DNA of 64,000 nucleotides from Candidatus Woesearchaeota archaeon (GTDB lineage Archaea; Nanobdellota; Nanobdellia; SCGC-AAA011-G17; UBA489): NCBI GenBank assembly GCA_964367375.1, contig CAYIXG010000007.1, positions 21,530 to 85,529 of the forward strand, read 5' to 3'. Shown piece by piece: positions 62,010 to 64,000 of this stretch (position 1 is its first letter; each line of letters starts with the position of its first letter). The notes under the pieces were generated by a model. It saw only the letters and a program-made list of their open reading frames with translations, ran no database searches and was not told where the DNA came from. The position numbers and the translations under genes were made by a program.

Positions 62010-62431
62010 GAGGTGCGGAGAGTAACGCTCACGGTTTGATTTTCAAGTGTGCTGATGAGGACGCGGTACGTTCCGGGGTTTGTGGGAAGGGTTCCGCTGA
62101 CGATTCCTGTGGTGTACATACTAATTTCGTTCGGTTGGCCGGCAATGGGTGCTTCGATGCCTATAGTGTGGTCATGAATGATGAAGCTTTGAACGCCGGT
62201 AGGAAGAGTGATGACTGCAACTTCTTGTGCTCCTGGTCCAATGGCGTGAACAGCGTCTGCTGCTTTGCTGAGGCGCCTCACTGCAGAATCAATTTGAGTG
62301 TACTTAACCTGAAAAGACGCTTGTTGTAATGAGTATTGGACAGTAGGGATGAGAAAGACGAGGAGGACGCCAATTAAGATGATATACTCTATAGCCACTT
62401 GGGCGCGAATGCCTACAGCACCTCTCTTCAT
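62006..62431 (-). CDS. Archaeal prepilin-like protein (class III signal peptide), first gene of the pilus operon
   Basis: MKRGAVGIRA|QVAIEYIILIGVLLVFLIPTV, with Glu at +5. A TATA box lies 21 nt upstream. Confidence 0.65.
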   Translation of the reverse strand: MKRGAVGIRAQVAIEYIILIGVLLVFLIPTVQYSLQQASFQVKYTQIDSAVRRLSKAADAVHAIGPGAQEVAVITLPTGVQSFIIHDHTIGIEAPIAGQPNEISMYTTGIVSGTLPTNPGTYRVLISTLENQTVSVTLRTS

Positions 62432-62452
62432 CGCAAAAAAGAGGGCAGAGTG

Positions 62453-62463
62453 CTATAAAAAGG
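62453..62463 (-). promoter_or_regulatory. TATA box (CCTTTTTATAG on minus strand) 21 nt upstream of the pilus operon ATG
   Basis: Divergent promoter pair with the box at 62485-62494. Confidence 0.45.
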
Positions 62464-62484
62464 TTGCTGTAAAGCAAGGAAATG

Positions 62485-62494
62485 CTTTTATAGG
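62485..62494 (+). promoter_or_regulatory. TATA box (CTTTTATAGG) ~22 nt upstream of ATG 62516
   Basis: Consensus-like box at the consensus spacing. Confidence 0.45.
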
Positions 62495-62515
62495 AATGAA
62501 AAAGATGAAGAAAGG

Positions 62516-62773
62516 ATGAAAATAACAGTGTATGCGAATGTGAATGATCCGTATTCAGACATGTTGAAGAACTTGTTGAAATTTTATGGGGTTTCTTTTG
62601 AGAATATTGAGGTGTCTCGAAATCCTGATGCAATGAAAACATTAATTGAAGTGTCTGGTCAGTCGTCAACGCCAGTGTTGGTGGTTGATGGAAAGGTGTT
62701 TATAGGCTTTGACAGGGAAAAAATGAAGGAGGTCCTTGGTCTTGGTGAAAAAAAGAATGCGTTTTCTTATTGA
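62516..62773 (+). CDS. Glutaredoxin-fold protein without any cysteine
   Basis: KITVYANVNDPYSDMLKNLL...GQSSTPVLVVDGKVFIGFD aligns with the Grx/NrdH pattern V-Y-x-x-x-x-C-P-Y-C...T-V-P-x-V-x-I-x-G-x-x-I-G-F-D. CPYC is replaced by DPYS and the protein contains no Cys. Confidence 0.6.
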   Translation: MKITVYANVNDPYSDMLKNLLKFYGVSFENIEVSRNPDAMKTLIEVSGQSSTPVLVVDGKVFIGFDREKMKEVLGLGEKKNAFSY

Positions 62774-62867
62774 GGAATGGTAAAAAGAAAAAGGTAAATT
62801 TATAAATAATGAACCCTTCTCAGAAGAATGCATACAACGTATGCAGATAAACAAAGGAGGTGTGATC

Positions 62868-63038
62868 ATGAAAGGAAATGGGACGTGTTGCCCGAACTGG
62901 TTTTCATGGTTGATATTAATTGCAGGTGTGCTCTACTTGTTACAGGACTTGGGAATGTCTCTCGGGTTTTGGAGATTTGAGTGGTACACGGTGTTGTTTG
63001 TCCTCTGGGGACTTGCAGCAATAACGGGCAATAAATAA
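62868..63038 (+). CDS. Small two-TM membrane protein (56 aa)
   Basis: GGAGGTG (62856-62862) lies 5 nt upstream of the ATG. Sequence MKGNGTCCPNWFSWLILIAGVLYLLQDLG...WYTVLFVLWGLAAITGNK. Confidence 0.5.
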   Translation: MKGNGTCCPNWFSWLILIAGVLYLLQDLGMSLGFWRFEWYTVLFVLWGLAAITGNK

Positions 63039-63068
63039 GCCCGGTTTCTTTTTTTCTGGAATGATAAA

Positions 63069-63076
63069 TTTATATA
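63069..63076 (+). promoter_or_regulatory. TATA box (TTTATATA) 25 nt upstream of ATG 63102
   Basis: Supports ATG 63102 over TTG 63093. Confidence 0.4.
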
Positions 63077-63101
63077 ATGAGAGTGCGAATTCTTGGAAAA
63101 T

Positions 63102-63860
63102 ATGAATGCACCAAGGGTATTAATTGGGTGTCCGACCTGTGATGTTTATGAGTATTGTCTTGATGAGTATGCATCTCGCGTGAAGGAATTAACATATCCG
63201 CAGTATGATATAGTAATTGCAGATAATTCAAAGACTGATAAGTATGTGCAACGTCTGCAAGCAAAGGGTTTGCCTGTGGTCAAAACACCATATCTTGAAG
63301 ATGTTCGGGAGCGCATTGTGTGTGCGCGGAATGTGCTTCGGGAAAGAGTGTTAAGTGAGGGGTATGATTATTTTCTTTCATTGGAGCAGGATGTCATTCC
63401 TCCAAAGGATGTGGTGGAAAGGTTATTAGGGCATCAGAAATTAGTCATATCAGGTGTGTATTACAAATATTTTACTGTATCATATGCACAAAAGGGGAAG
63501 ATAGTGAAGGAAGGAGTGCAAAAGATTATGCCATTAATTTACACGTTTGTGCCGGGAATGAAGGCAGCTGACAATGCGCATATGTGTTCTGCGGAAGAAG
63601 TTGCTGGGGAAAAAGTGTTCAGGATTCGTGCTGCAGGATTGGGGGTGATGTTAATGCATAGATCAGTGTTGGAAAGGGTGAAGTTTCGCTCGTCAAAGGA
63701 TGGGGGAACGTTTGATGACATGCTTTTTGCAAATGATCTGTTTCATCTGAATATTCCGATGTTTGTAGATACGTCTGTGAAGGCGAAGCACATGATTACA
63801 AGAAAGTATGAAAAGAAGAGGAAGGAAGAAGTATTTCCAGAGAAAAGAGGAAAAAATTAG
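63102..63860 (+). CDS. Glycosyltransferase family 2-like protein
   Basis: VLIGCPTCDVYEYCLDEY...YPQYDIVIADNSKTD (Rossmann-like start with a DxS-type motif), followed by LEQDVIPP (ED-type motif). Confidence 0.6.
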   Translation: MNAPRVLIGCPTCDVYEYCLDEYASRVKELTYPQYDIVIADNSKTDKYVQRLQAKGLPVVKTPYLEDVRERIVCARNVLRERVLSEGYDYFLSLEQDVIPPKDVVERLLGHQKLVISGVYYKYFTVSYAQKGKIVKEGVQKIMPLIYTFVPGMKAADNAHMCSAEEVAGEKVFRIRAAGLGVMLMHRSVLERVKFRSSKDGGTFDDMLFANDLFHLNIPMFVDTSVKAKHMITRKYEKKRKEEVFPEKRGKN

Positions 63861-64000
63861 CGTGCGCGTTCGTTGATGAGCATATTGAGTCGTTCGCCCA
63901 GATCGTTGTGGTTGACTGAAGTCATGCAAGTGTGCATATGCGGTTGCGATCCTTCTACAGTGATGTACAAGCACTGTTTTTTTGAATCAAACGTTCCTGT
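63857..64000 (-). CDS. 3' end of an unidentified gene entering from the right window edge
   Basis: The minus-strand frame is open from nt 64000: ...TGTFDSKKQCLYITVEGSQPHMHTCMTSVNHNDLGERLNMLINERAR-stop. Its stop overlaps the GT2 stop. Too short to assign a function. Confidence 0.35.
   Translation of the reverse strand, partial: TGTFDSKKQCLYITVEGSQPHMHTCMTSVNHNDLGERLNMLINERAR

Noticed and set aside
1-64000. A search by eye for CRISPR arrays, rRNA genes, IS/transposase or integrase genes, restriction-modification, toxin-antitoxin or other defence systems.
   Set aside because: No regularly spaced direct repeats, no rRNA-like sequence, and no transposase, integrase or defence-type motifs were found. 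The only repeats are the paralogue inverted repeat, the 18-bp tandem duplication and the 7-nt tRNA duplication.

Overview
64-kb fragment that is almost certainly from an uncultivated archaeon. Supporting evidence: an initiator tRNA with A1:U72, two intron- or insertion-bearing tRNAs, diphthine synthase, class-III-signal pilins with a FlaI/FlaJ-type machine, and TTTATAAA boxes about 20-26 nt upstream of start codons. The compact layout with many ATGA overlaps and a surface-protein-heavy gene set looks DPANN-like, but that assignment is inference. About 70 genes are supported. Housekeeping genes: smc, RNase HII, a MutY-like glycosylase, PNP/MTAP, AlaX, Dph5, a CofD/YvcK-like protein, ThrRS, an E1-Ubl-TtuA/NcsA sulfur relay, a P-type Ca-ATPase, NUDIX and CorA. 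The rest is dominated by envelope functions. (1) A 12-kb, seven-gene, translationally coupled operon is led by a 2,459-aa LamG giant protein followed by six single-pass beta-sandwich proteins. (2) Two divergently oriented paralogues have a new-looking architecture (Ig-like N-terminus, LTGFQTKEPG hinge, 17-Cys triple CGNG-repeat module, HExxH domain, conserved GGATTNGWFA end). Their Cys-rich modules form a roughly 490-bp inverted DNA repeat flanking about 7 kb of accessory genes. (3) A VKOR-thioredoxin-CcdA disulfide module matches the many Cys-rich secreted proteins. (4) A ten-gene type-IV-pilus-like operon carries six prepilin-like genes, one with an IPT/TIG domain, a FlaJ split into two TadB/TadC-like genes, and a TM-wHTH protein. 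(5) A stand-alone GGDEF protein is present, which is unusual for archaea. No CRISPR array, rRNA, transposase or recognisable defence system was seen. All domain calls rest on motif recognition by eye and none has been confirmed by a search.
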